This document shows positions 13,947-26,800 of a stretch of 64,000 nucleotides of DNA, in pieces (position 1 is the first letter of the stretch; every line of letters begins with the position of its first letter). The translations under genes and the position numbers were made by a program. The DNA comes from Balanoglossus misakiensis. Taxonomy: Eukaryota > Animalia > Hemichordata. The notes under the pieces are model-generated. The model ran no database searches. It was not told where the DNA came from and worked only from the letters and a program-made list of their open reading frames with translations. The DNA is taken from NCBI GenBank assembly GCA_040954595.2, contig CM082576.2, forward strand, positions 19,825,028 through 19,889,027, written 5' to 3'.

Positions 13947-14600
13947 TTTGCATAGTCCAAAATGGCCGATAAAATCCTCTAACATGTAAATTTCCTATGG
14001 TCGTCTTAAATAGTGTGTAGTATCGCATTTGAAGGGTTTTCATCAATATGGGTACCTAAAACAATTTCAACGTGGTTGACATTGCAATGTTAGACAGCTG
14101 TTCTAATTTGCATAATCTAGAATGGCCGACAAACTTCTCTAACATGTAAATTTACTATGGTTGTCTTTAATAGTGTGTAATATCGCATTTGCAGGGTTTT
14201 CATCAATATGGGTACCTAAAACAATTTCAACGTCGTTGACATGGCAATATTAGACAGCTGTTCTAATTTGCATAATCCAAAATGGCCACCAAACTCTTCT
14301 TAAATGTAAATTTCCCTGTTTTGTCTTATGTGGTGCCTAAAATCGCATTTGCAGGGTTTTCATCAATATGGGTAACTAAAACAATTTCAGCGTGGTTGAC
14401 ATGGCAATATTAGACAACTGTTCTAATTTGCATAATCCAAAATGGCCGACAAACTTCTCTAACATGTAAATTTCCCTGGTTTGTCTTATATGGTGTGTAA
14501 TATCGCATTTTCACGGTTTTAATTAATATGGGTACCTAAAACAATTTCAATGTGGTTGACATGGCAATATTAGACAACTGTTCTAATTTGCATAATTCGA
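13947..14600. repeat. Tandem array of four 160-bp units
   Basis: tttgcata recurs at about 13947, 14107, 14267, 14427 and 14587; each unit contains aatatggg...aaaacaatttca. Confidence 0.92.
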
Positions 14601-15205
14601 ACACCTGCTGGATAATTTAATTTTTGCCCTTCTTGTCCCATGATTATATGTGTAATATCTCATTTTCAATGTGTTTACATGTATATATGCAGAATCCATT
14701 TCAAACTAAGTGGGCATATTGTAGCGCCAATCTTATTTCTTAATCCGCACCACAGAACTGATGCAAGGTTTAGGACTGGAAATGTATGTGGCCACTGGCC
14801 GACACCCCGGGCGAGTGGTCTCCAATTATTTTCAGCACGTAGTGTGCTTCCCGGTTGATAACATCAATATGTGTAAATGCCAAAAACCCGACCTATTGTA
14901 ATACCAGTCAAATTTTCTTTGTCATTTACCATTTTTCTCTTGCATATGAACGTTTTTCTTAAAGAGTACATACCCATATACACTTGTATGGGAGCACACA
15001 TCCCCACCCCCTGCCAACAATAATTGGACAACTTTATTCTTCTTATACTTCTTTTTAGTCTAAACATTCATATAGAGAAGGCAACATGTTCTTGAAGCTG
15101 CTGACTATGGAAATATGATGAAGTACATTTTCCTAGTTGTACATGTACAGTATGATAGGCCCAATGTACCAATTGGAGATGTGTGCCTTACAGGCAACAT
15201 ACATG

Positions 15206-18010
15206 TAGCTCTGCATGGCCTGGTTAATCAATGTTGACGCAAAGGTTGACCCTACCAAACACTCAAAATTAATGGGCACGACACTGGCCACTAGCTCTGC
15301 ATGGCCTGGTTAATCAATGTTGACGCAAAGGTTGACCCCACCAAACACTCAAAATTGATGGGCACGACACTGGCCACTAGCTCTGCATGGCCTGGTTAAT
15401 CAATGTTGACGCAAAGGTTGACCCCACCAAACACTCAAAATTGATGGGCACGACACTGGCCACTAGCTCTGCATGGCCTGGTTAATCAATGTTGACGCAA
15501 AGGTTGACCCCACCAAACACTCAAAATTGATGGGCACGACACTGGCCACTAGCTCTGCATGGCCTGGTTAATCAATGTTGACGCAAAGGTTGACCCCACC
15601 AAACACTCAAAATTGATGGGCACGACACTGGCCACTAGCTCTGCATGGCCTGGTTAATCAATGTTGACGCCAAGGTTGACCCCACCAAACACTCAAAATT
15701 GATGGGCACGACACTGGCCACTAGCTCTGCATGGCCTGGTTAATCAATGTTGACGCAAAGGTTGACCCCACCAAACACTCAAAATTGATGGGCACGACAC
15801 TGGCCACTACAATGTAGCTCTGCATGGCCTGGTTAATCAATGTTGACGCAAAGGTTGACCCCACCAAACACTCAAAATTGATGGGCACGACACTGGCCAC
15901 TAGCTCTGCATGGCCTGGTTAATCAATGTTGACGCAAAGGTTGACCCCACCAAACACTCAAAATTGATGGGCACGACACTGGCCACTAGCTCTGCATGGC
16001 CTGGTTAATCAAGGTTGACGCAAAGGTTGACCCCTCCAAACACTCAAAATTGATGGGCACGACACTGGCCACTAGCTCTGCATGGCCTGGTTAATCAAGG
16101 TTGACGCAAAGGTTGACCCCACCAAACACTCAAAATTGATGGGCACGACACTGGCCACTAGCTCTGCATGGCCTGGCTAATCAAGGTTGACGCAAAGGTT
16201 GACCCCACCAAACACTCAAAATTGATGGGCACGACACTGGCCACTAGCTCTGCATGGCCTGGCTAATCAAGGTTGACGCAAAGGTTGACCCCACCAAACA
16301 CTCAAAATTGATGGGCACGACACTGGCCACTAGCTCTGCATGGCCTGGCTAATCAAGGTTGACGCAAAGGTTGACCCCACCAAACACTCAAAATTGATGG
16401 GCACGCCACTGGCCCCTAGCTCTGCATGGCCTGGCTAATCAAGGTTGACGCAAAGGTTGACCCCACCAAACACTCAAAATTAATGGGCGCGACACTGGCC
16501 ACTAGCTCTGGCCTGGCTAATCAATGTTGATGCAAGGGTTGACCCCACCAAACACTCAAAATTGATGGGCACGACACTGGCCACTAGCTCTGGCCTGGCT
16601 AATCAAGGTTGACGCAAAGGTTGACCCCACCAAACACTCAAAATTGATGGGCACGACACTGGCCACTAGCTCTGGCCTGGCTAATCAAGGTTGACGCAAG
16701 GGTTGACCCCACCAAACACTCAAAATTAATGGGCGCAACACTGGCCACTAAGCTCTGGCCTGGCTAATCAATGTTGACGCAAGGGTTGACCCCACCAAAC
16801 ACTCATAATTGATGGGCACGACACTGGCCACTAGCTCTGGCCTGGCTAATCAATGTTGACGCAAGGGTTGACCCCACCAAACACTCAAAATTGATGGGCA
16901 CGACACTGGCCACTAAGCTCTGGCCTGGCTAATCAAGGTTGACGCAAGGGTTGACCCCACCAAACACTCATAATTGATGGGCACGACACTGGCCACTAGC
17001 TCTGGCCTGGCTAATCAAGGTTGACGCAAGGGTTGACCCCACCAAACACTCAAAATTGATGGGCACGACACTGGCCACTAGCTCTGGCCTGGCTAATCAA
17101 TGTTGACGCAAGGGTTGACCCCACCAAACACTCAAAATTGATGGGCACGACACTGGCCACTAGCTCTGGCCTGGCTAATCCAGGTTGACGCAAGGGTTGA
17201 CCCCACCAAACACTCAAAATTAATGGGCGCGACACTGGCCACTAAGCTCTGGCCTGGCTAATCAAGGTTGACGCAAGGGTTGACCCCACCAAACACTCAA
17301 AATTGATGGGCACGACACTGGCCACTAAGCTCTGGCCTGGTTAATCAATGTTGACGCAAAGGTTGAACCCACCAAACACTCAAAATTAATGGGAACGACA
17401 CTGGCCACTAGCTCTGCATGGCCTGGTTTATCAATGTTGACGCAAAGGTTGACCCCACCAAACACTCAAAATTAATGGGCACGACACCGGCCACTAGCTC
17501 TGCATGGCCTGGTTAATCAATGTTGACGCAAAGGTTGACCCCACCAAACACTCAAAATTAATGGGCACGACACTGGCCACTAGCTCTGCATGGCCTGGTT
17601 AATCAATGTTGACGCAAAGGTTGACCCCACCAAACACTCAAAATTAATGGGCACGACACTGGCTACTAGCTCTGCATGGCATGGTTAATCAATGTTGACG
17701 CAAAGGTTGACCCCACCAAACACTCAAAATTAATGGGCACGACACTGGCCACTAGCTCTGCATGGCCTGGTTAATCAATGTTGACGCAAAGGTTGACCCC
17801 ACCAAACACTCAAAATTAATGGGCACGACACTGGCCACTAGCTCTGCATGGCCTGGTTAATCAATGTTGACGCAAAGGTTGACCCCACCAAACACTCAAA
17901 ATTAATGGGCACGACACTGGCCACTAGCTCTGCATGGCCTGGTTAATCAATGTTGACGCAAAGGTTGACCCCACCAAACACTCAAAATTAATGGGCACGA
18001 CACTGGCCAC
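15206..18010. repeat. Satellite array, ~33 units of 86 bp (82/83-bp variant in the middle)
   Basis: Unit tagctctgcatggcctggttaatcaatgttgacgcaaaggttgaccccaccaaacactcaaaattgatgggcacgacactggccac; period 15206->15292. Units from 16503 to 17408 lack CATG. Confidence 0.98.
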
Positions 18011-18919
18011 TACATGTATTTGTGATATTTTACATGGTTAACCACGCCTTGAGAAAAGTAATTATAAGAGAACTTTGTTTCCAAAGTTAGGGGAGAATAA
18101 TCTAATGGGAGATGGGAGTACCTCAGGCTACTGAGCTCGTTCCCTTCCTCATGTACTTTACTGGGCGTATTTGATGTACTATAATAATTCCGGACAATAA
18201 ATGAACGTAAATCAGATACGTTTCTCCGTGGATCACGGTTCTCGTCAGAGCCCGTTACCTCATCGCTACAGATTCCCCGATGCATGAAAAATCATGAGAA
18301 ACCAGCGGTAATACAAGTGTCACGATTGAGTTTTAACGATCATAGATCTTGTTTATGATTACGTAAGAAGTCATTCACTTATATGGTTTTAGTCCAGTAT
18401 TGACATTGGTACTTGACCCAGAGTAAACAAGATTGTGTAATTGATACATGTCAGAACGAGATAGAGATATCACGCGCTAAGTTCATGTTTAAGAAATATC
18501 AAGATGACGTGTTCCTTTTATGACTTAATACTTGACTAACGTATTAATAAGGTGTGGTGAAATTTGAGATCACACATTTATCACCGGAGATCCGTGATGG
18601 GAGTCAACGAGCATGGATCGAGTCGTGTAATTCTTACGTGTGACCAGTAATAAACCAGAACTTTGTGTTACTCGGAAAACTTCTTGCAAGTCTCTGTCTA
18701 CGAAAGGTTTACGATCTGCCGGGTACCTCTCTCGGACTTTATGAATATGTTGGGTGGAGAAGGAGATGGAGAGAATGTACGCCGTCAGCTTTCGGACGTG
18801 GCTGATTCCCCACAGAAGCCGATGAGGTAAACGTCCGGAGGACGACCGGCCGTAACAACAAACTGCATGAATTAAAGTTCAACAATCCTTAGAAGACAGG
18901 AACGTCAGAGGTTGAATCT

Positions 18920-19200
18920 TGATGGGAAAAGGCGAGGTATCGCTGGTTATCATCCGCGTACTGATGAAATTGTAGGATGAGGGGACGAATCGGTTTACTA
19001 TAAAGTTGGGCTATATAAATGGTGAACAACAGAGGGGCAGTGGCACCCCGTATACGAGAGGTGACTGTGAACTTGCAGTGTTTTCGATGATTACAGTTTG
19101 ATATCTATATTGAAGGTAAGATGTAAACCATGTTAGTACTGTGTCTGAGATGCCAAGGTTCGATAGTCTACAAAGAAGTATCCCGTGATTCAAATGTACA
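18920..19200 (-). pseudogene. Degenerate L2/CR1 LINE reverse transcriptase fragment
   Basis: NHGILLCRLSNLGISDTVLTWFTSYL...SPLVYGVP, then frameshifted PLLFTIY and FHQYADD (tcatccgcgtactgatgaaa on +, ~18950-18969). Confidence 0.8.
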
Positions 19201-20932
19201 ACTGAAGAAAAAAGGAATCACAAATCTTAAAACTAAGATGCCGTTAAGAATTAAATTTCGCGAAAAGGAAGTGACGAAATACGTACATTTTCAGGTGCTC
19301 TACAACAAGTAGTCTCCCTATCATCCCTATTGGAGCATGCAGCTAAAATTTACCATGACGTCATTGATTCTACGCGAACGTTTTTCTAATGGCGATAAAC
19401 ATATTTTGTATAAATTGTGCTCAAACGCCCGTGAATCTCACTCGCAAAAATTCACAAGTGGCGCATACAACACTAGGAAGAAAATTGTTTAGCAGTCTAT
19501 AGAGTTTGTGACCTGAGATTTAGAAGTAAAAGTTAAACTTAAAAGTTGAGACAGAAGTGATTGAAGAGTAAAGAAACTTTTGAAGTGTTAAGAAAGTTAT
19601 CGCATTCCTGATGAAAAGAAAAGAAAATACAATACATTCATTGTTTTAAGGAACACAAGGAAGACAAGTACTATGCAATCAGAGTATGCATGGATCATTC
19701 ATCTAAAAATATATCTCCGCGTCTTTTGGCGGGTAAAAATAAAATGCTGGAACGGTCTTTTGGATGGCGGACTATTTGTGTCCTTCTTGTCCTCAGAACG
19801 CAAGTGGTCGAGTAGGTTTATTTCATTAAATTCTTATATTCTCAGTTGCTACCATAAATACCCAGTGTTCGTGTCGATGTATCTGGACGTCAGCACGATT
19901 CCATATAGGTACCTCTCAGTATTAGCCAAGCGAGTTATCCCCATCAATAGAGTTTAATTCCCTGTTACATTCCCAACACCAATCCTCCCGCGTGACATTG
20001 AGGTTGAAGGTATACAAACCTTAGGAATCATGCAACCATCCAGAAAGTGTAATAAATTTTGAAGCTATGATGTGAGTTTTCAGTTCGTTTCTTCTTTTGA
20101 TTTGTTGATGTAACATTGTGCGTTTTAAATAAAAGATAAAAAAATGTACAGCAATGACGTCACAAAATTCACTGGTATTGATAAAGCTATATTATATCAT
20201 ATATTATATGTGTTAAATACTACCGTATCTCATTATTGCAGTATTTCGTGCTTTAACACAAAATACGCGAATAGGGTTTAATACAAAACTAAATGACACA
20301 ATTTCTGTTTCTTTGCCAAAATTCTTAATCACAAGATCAACCCATCCTTACGCCTCTACTCTATTGCTAAGAGAAACCAGCGTCCGTAACATGCATTGTG
20401 AAACCCCTCAACAACATGCATGTCAACACTTCATTTTTTCTCCAGCATTGTCAGTTTGGTACCCTGACAACTCACGGGGCATCATGGGACAATATTAAAG
20501 CTGATTCAGTGTTTATGTGCATAAAACACACGGCGGTGGAAACATTCGTTTTAAATTATTGTGGACGCGCGCACGCCCTTGTCTGTGTACAGGTACTTGA
20601 TGCTTGTCTACAGTCACGTGAAACGCTGTTGGTAGTACCCTAGAAGATAGATATCTTTAATCAGAACTTTGGTAAGGAAGGTTTGAGAAGTCCATTCTAT
20701 GTAAAGAAAGTTTAAGAAGTGTGTTACCAAAGGGTGTGGGGGTGGCTGGGGGTCATCAATATATCACTCTGCATCACGTTCACAGAAAAGGTCGCGACAC
20801 GCCCACAAATCCACTCACGACTTGCGTCACCGGTTACAGGAGTTCGTACAAAAGTGTGGTTTATGCACATTTACACTGAATCAGTTTTTTTGGCCCATGA
20901 TGCCCATGGGCCAATACAGGCCACGATGCCTC

Positions 20933-21180
20933 CAGAATGATGATGGCAATGATGGTGATGATGATGATTGTGGTGGTGGTGGTGGTGGTGGTGATTGAGC
21001 TTTAATTTCCCTTTCTTCCTGTCTAACCACTTCCTCTCTCACCTTCACTTATTCGGTCTCTCCCCTCCCCTTCTGTCAAAGTCCTCCCCTCATTCCCTTT
21101 CCATCCTGACATTCTCATTTCCGCCCTCTTGCTTTTCTTCTCCTTTCTCACATTCCTTTTCTCACCTCTCTCCCCCCTCC
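20933..21180. repeat. (GAT)/(GGT) microsatellite followed by a CT-rich low-complexity tract
   Basis: Read directly from the sequence. Confidence 0.85.
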
Positions 21181-21811
21181 GTAACATGTTATGTAATATA
21201 TAAATTAAAAAAGTCCAAAGCATGATGTTATCACAGATGACATTTGGAATGTATTATTGTACTATCTGGTTCAATTTCAAACATAGTGGAGTTATTTATT
21301 GGCCAGTATTTAAGCATGTTTAAAGAAGTCAAACAGCATAATAGGCACATTTCATATCAAACAAAATTGACCAAATAAGCTCAAAAGAGGATTTGAACAA
21401 TTTGTCCCTTTAAGTAATGTTCAATATTGGATTTACACTTGTGATTGTATGTCATCTCCCTTTTGTTAGAAACCTCACAGTCATATAATAAACAGGTGAC
21501 CTGACAATCATTTGAAATACCAAACTTCGGCAGCTATTCCAGTTTGGTCCAAAAACCTAATTTTAACTGGCACCTCAACTTTAGGACTATTATGGATGTT
21601 GCTGAAACTTGAAGTGGGCTGCTTGTGAAGAGGAAGACGTGGAGTGTCTCTCAGACAACGCTGCGCTCAGTCAGAGATAAAGTCAAAATATGGATTTGAC
21701 TTGCAACAGTAATTTGTTAGTTAAGTCAAATTCAACTTAAATATGTCTCTTTGGGTCAGTCTTAACGGGTGTAGCATGCTGGAAGGGTGTGCTTACCCAT
21801 TTCCGACACCT

Positions 21812-22265
21812 AGTACCACAGGGGCTGCAAACATGAAAGTTATAAATGGCGAAGTACGTTCCATTCTGCGTTTTCCCAACCTGTCTTATCATTTGCTAAT
21901 CCAGAATAAAAGCTATCCATTTCCCATTGCTAACGACTTAATATGTGTGCCCCATCCATGGATTAAGTTAATAAAGTAAACATCGGTCAGCGAGTACTGG
22001 GTATTCTCTTACCAAGTGAGAACTGACCGATGTTTACTTAATCCACTAAATCCGTGGATGGGGCACACAGATTAAGTCGTTAGCAGGTGCTTAATGGGAA
22101 ATGCAATAGTTTGTATTCTGGATTAGCAACTGCTAAGACAGGTGGAGGTAACACAGAAAAATAAACAAGCACAAAGACTGTTCATCAATTAATGTTTATT
22201 GGGGGAAAATGCAGGAACTCCGCCTTTTATAACTTTCATGTTTGCAGCCCCCCTGTGCGAGTACT
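21812..22265. mobile_element. Foldback MITE with ~180-bp arms and a ~30-nt loop
   Basis: ggggctgcaaacatgaaagttataaa vs tttataactttcatgtttgcagcccc; aagtaaacatcggtcag vs ctgaccgatgtttactt. Confidence 0.8.
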
Positions 22266-23896
22266 ACCACTTAGCAGTGGTTCAAGATGATCCTGTTGAA
22301 ATTGTAAGTTTTTCTCTTATTTCTTTTTTGAACCTGGACCTGGTAATTAGCTTAGCTTGAGTAATATTGATTATTGGACCTGGTTTGATGTCTTATTATA
22401 ACAACTACAGAAGAATCTCTGGACACAGTGAAATACAATCCAGGGTTATGGTAATGACTGACAAATTGTCAGTTTAAAAAAGTAGACAAAGAACTCAGTT
22501 AAATATTATAATAAAAATATGCTTTTAATATAAGGAAAAGGTACAATTGATATACTTGTAATTAAAACATAAATATAATGATGAAATTCTTCAACTGTTC
22601 TGTAGTTGCACCAGTATTTGTATAAGCTAAAAATGTTGACTTCTGGCAGGACAACTCAAACAGATATTAAACTTATTTATAGTACTTCCACTTCATGACT
22701 TTGTTCAAAAATTTCCCAAACTTATTTCATTGTTGATGAGTTGTCACCTCCGAACAACACAAAAAGGAACAGTTTGTATAAAAAAGTAATTTTGCATGAA
22801 TCTTAAACATACATGCACAAGTTGAGTGAATAACACAATATAATCATATTCTACAATGAATTACAATATCAAGATTAAGGGTTTCACATATGACATTACA
22901 TTGCTACATTTTATATACATGAATTTAATTTGAAAAATTTCCATTGATCTATAACACCATGAATAATATAAAAATATGCGAATAAATACTTTGAATTATT
23001 ATATATACATGTCAGGTCTCAAAGTGAGTAACTATATTTCCATTCACCTATGAACTGGTTATTAACCAAATGAAATGATAGGATCTTTTATTTTGAGGAT
23101 CTTATAATTGTGATCATACACATCCATATTCCAAAATTCGCATGCCAAACAAATATCAGATTTATACGGCCAGTTGTAAAGACAGTACAAGGGACAAAAA
23201 AATTGATAATAGTTAATCATCATCTCCCTTCTTTTACAGTCTTGGAGAATGGTGACGGTTGAAGTCAAATTAAAGAAAAATATCAAGAAAAATATCAAAA
23301 TTTGAAGCACTAATTCAGGAGGATATATATCATCGGGAGGTAGTCACTGAATATATTGAGAGAAATAATTCATAATCTATGCATTTGGATGAAAAGACCT
23401 TCTATCTGATCAAGTTAAGGATAAATGCTGCCTTGTATGAATACAGAAGCAAGTCAGCATGCAAAGGGAGAGCTGAATTGGTACACTGTTAAATTTGTCC
23501 TCCAAATTCAACAAAAATATGTTGTTGTTTAGGAATTCTCGTATTATCATATCTTTTTCATTACACAATACCTTATAATAAGTCATAACAAATTTTTAAG
23601 GAAAATTCTTTAAAATATGTAAAATATATAGCCTTATAACCAACATACTTTAAAGATGATTATTTATGATCATTTCATTCAGATGTTGCTAAGAGTGTAA
23701 TAATAAAGATCTGTTTCACTCCAACCAATTTAATGTGCGCTTATCACAGTACTGTCGTCTGACAAAGCATAACTATTATTGTTATCATTTATGGGATTAT
23801 ACCAAGCTTATCACAGTACTGTGTCAACTCACAAAATGAAAACCATTCTAGTTATCATTTGAATTATACCATACATGTACACACAGAGATGGCACA

Positions 23897-26800
23897 TTAG
23901 AAGTATCTGTCTCCGTGACTCTCATGAAATAGTTCATTTCTACTCTTAAGAGGCCTTGGTCTCCATTCCTCACTTCCACTGGCACTACCACTGTCGCCAC
24001 TATACATGGGATTGTAGTGATAGATTTCTCTGAAGGCTTCCTCATCTTCCACACTTTTCCCTGCCTTGCTATCAACATCATCTGTATCATCAAACCAATG
24101 GATATCCATAGTTGCCTCTTGTTCTTCCCAGCCTGGATGTTTCTTTCCTCCAAGAGCACACCTGAATGTCAAATAGTTGAACATCATCAATGTGGGATTT
24201 GTTGTGATGTTGTTACTACTGTAGAATAACGCAGGTGGTTGTTGGACACTTTGCGGTCTGGTCGCGTGACTTTGCCTTGTTAGCCGCCATGCATGTTGAA
24301 CGCAAATTATACCATGATGCACTGCAGTTACCCTATACGCGAATAGGTCTATGCATGAACTCTTTGAATAAATTTGCTTCCACGATACAGATGTGATTAT
24401 TTTTCACGTTGCCTCATGCATGTATGGAAAGATACAGGTAAATTCCCAGTTTTCTGATGGGCAACATTTCTACAGCTGTCTCGATTCTACTCTGGTAGTA
24501 CTAAATAACTTACCGTTGGTACATGAGTAACATTATTACACCAAGCACTAACACAGCCGCTAAACCTCCCGCAACACCACCAATGATGACAGCTGTGTCA
24601 ACGGAGGAATCTGTAAGAGTTTAAATATTTCTATTTGTCACGGGGGCGATATGCTACGATAAAAGCAAGACAACCATTCATTATGATGCTTAACTATTGT
24701 AAAATGGTTAGTTGACCAAAAATCTAGTTATACTGCAGATGTTGCAGTTTCACCATTTTCACAAATATTTTCAAGACAACGTAAACTGTAATCATGTAGA
24801 TCAAACAAATGTGTAAACTTTAGTGAATATTGTTTTTCAATCTTGAGTTATTAAAAGACAAAGAAATGTATACACACCTTTAACTTGCATTGGTATTCTC
24901 TGGCGGCAAGTTTCACCTTGATATTCATCAGTACATTCACAAACAGGATTGCCATCACTGTCCTTGATGCAAACAGCATTGTTTGAGCAGAACCCTTCAC
25001 ATTTATCTAGACACAAGAATAAAATCACATCACATTATTCTACCTGACGAACCATTTGTATTAGACAAGAACTAAACCCACTTGCAGATTCATTTCTTAC
25101 AAACGGAATGGAAGTTGTGTGCTGTCGAACGTTGATTCACTATATATCCACATGTACCGGGTGAATAACATAAACAGTGTCTTGTATCAAACATAATTAA
25201 TGGAAAAAGGGCAGCAAGAGAGATACTAAATCAACAGTAGTTTCTACGTTTTAGCTGTACATATTTCTGTTGACATTTCAGTTGTAGATAGTTACATACC
25301 TGTACAAGTTATTCCATCACCAGTGAAACCAGTTTTGCAAGTGCATTCATATCCTGGTACAAGATTCCTGCAAGTGGCATTTGGGTGACAGTCATCCAGA
25401 CCAAGACGACATTCATGTGCATCTAGAAAACAAAAATTCTTGCAATGTCTTTAACTGACCACCAAATAAAACTATGGGATCTTCATACATATCACCAGTT
25501 AAAGGTATACGGTCACCTATGGAAAATTAGCTATAGTTACCATGGCAAAAGGAGATCTAGCCAATCACAGATTTTCAGTGGGTGGCACATGCAAAAAAGA
25601 GCGCCACCATATGTTCTTTAGAACTCTCATATACTCCATTTCAGCCATATATGGGCGTTTGTAAATTGGAGGTGACTGTATACCTTTAAGTTAGATGACT
25701 ACCCAGATGCAGTGCATGGTTATCACATTCCATAGCCTAACATGTAGAATTCTGAGAAAACAGTATTACAATATTGTTATTTCCGTGAAATTTTCAGAAA
25801 AGGTGTTAAAAGAGGAGCATTATTAAATTATATAAAAATATTGGATCACACAACATATCAAATGATACTCTAAATAAAGAAGAAAATTTCTTATAATGAA
25901 GTGTTTGTGTCAGATTGAACAGTTAAGGTTGATCTCCACAAGCACTTCATGCATGTTATCAGTTCTATGATTATGAAAAATTTATTCCTACCATCACATT
26001 CTGTTTCATATAGGGCACCCTCTCTGCCTGTAGTGTAGCCAGTTGGGCATGGTTGACAAGCATCCTGGTTGAATTCAAAGTTATATGTTCCAACAGGGCA
26101 TTTCTCACATCTATAGGACTCCTGATTCAAGTACCAACCAACATTGCAGTAAGCTGTTGATGGAATGGAAAAAGAGCATAGAATAAAATTGGAGGACTAT
26201 CATTATTTTGAACAACTGAGGCACAATAATACAACCTTCAGTTCAGTACAGTTGAGATACAACATGAAAAGTTGTATACATAATACTTACAAACATTACA
26301 ATCTTCACTTAAGGTTGAACCGACTGTTCTTGTGGTGAAGCCAAATGGGCACGGCATACAAGATGGCTGAAGTTCAGCATTTGATCGATAGGTTCCCATG
26401 GGACACGACTCACAAGACCCATTGACACTAAGTTGGACTCCCACTGATTTACATACCTCTGTAATTGAGAAGATTAATTTTTTGATATTCACGATTATCT
26501 GCTTTTCACTCACGTGAATTTGTTAAACTGTTGAATATGTTACATATCTGGCGGTTCTAAAGTAAAAACCTACTCGGAAAAAAGTTTACTGGATGCCGAA
26601 ATATTGCTTGCCTGTCACTTACAAATGATAACGCCATGGGTACGTCACATGGCCAGATCATGTGATTGATAGTCAAGAATAGCAAATAACACAAGTACCT
26701 ACCCTGACATTGTGACTCATCAGTAGCTCCTTCAACTAATGTAAGCATTCCCTTTGGGCAAGTATTACACACAAACTTTCCTTCTTCTGATTGCCAGAAT

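Noticed and set aside
15206-18010. CRISPR-like array
   Set aside because: Units repeat in full with no unique spacers; eukaryotic context; no cas genes.
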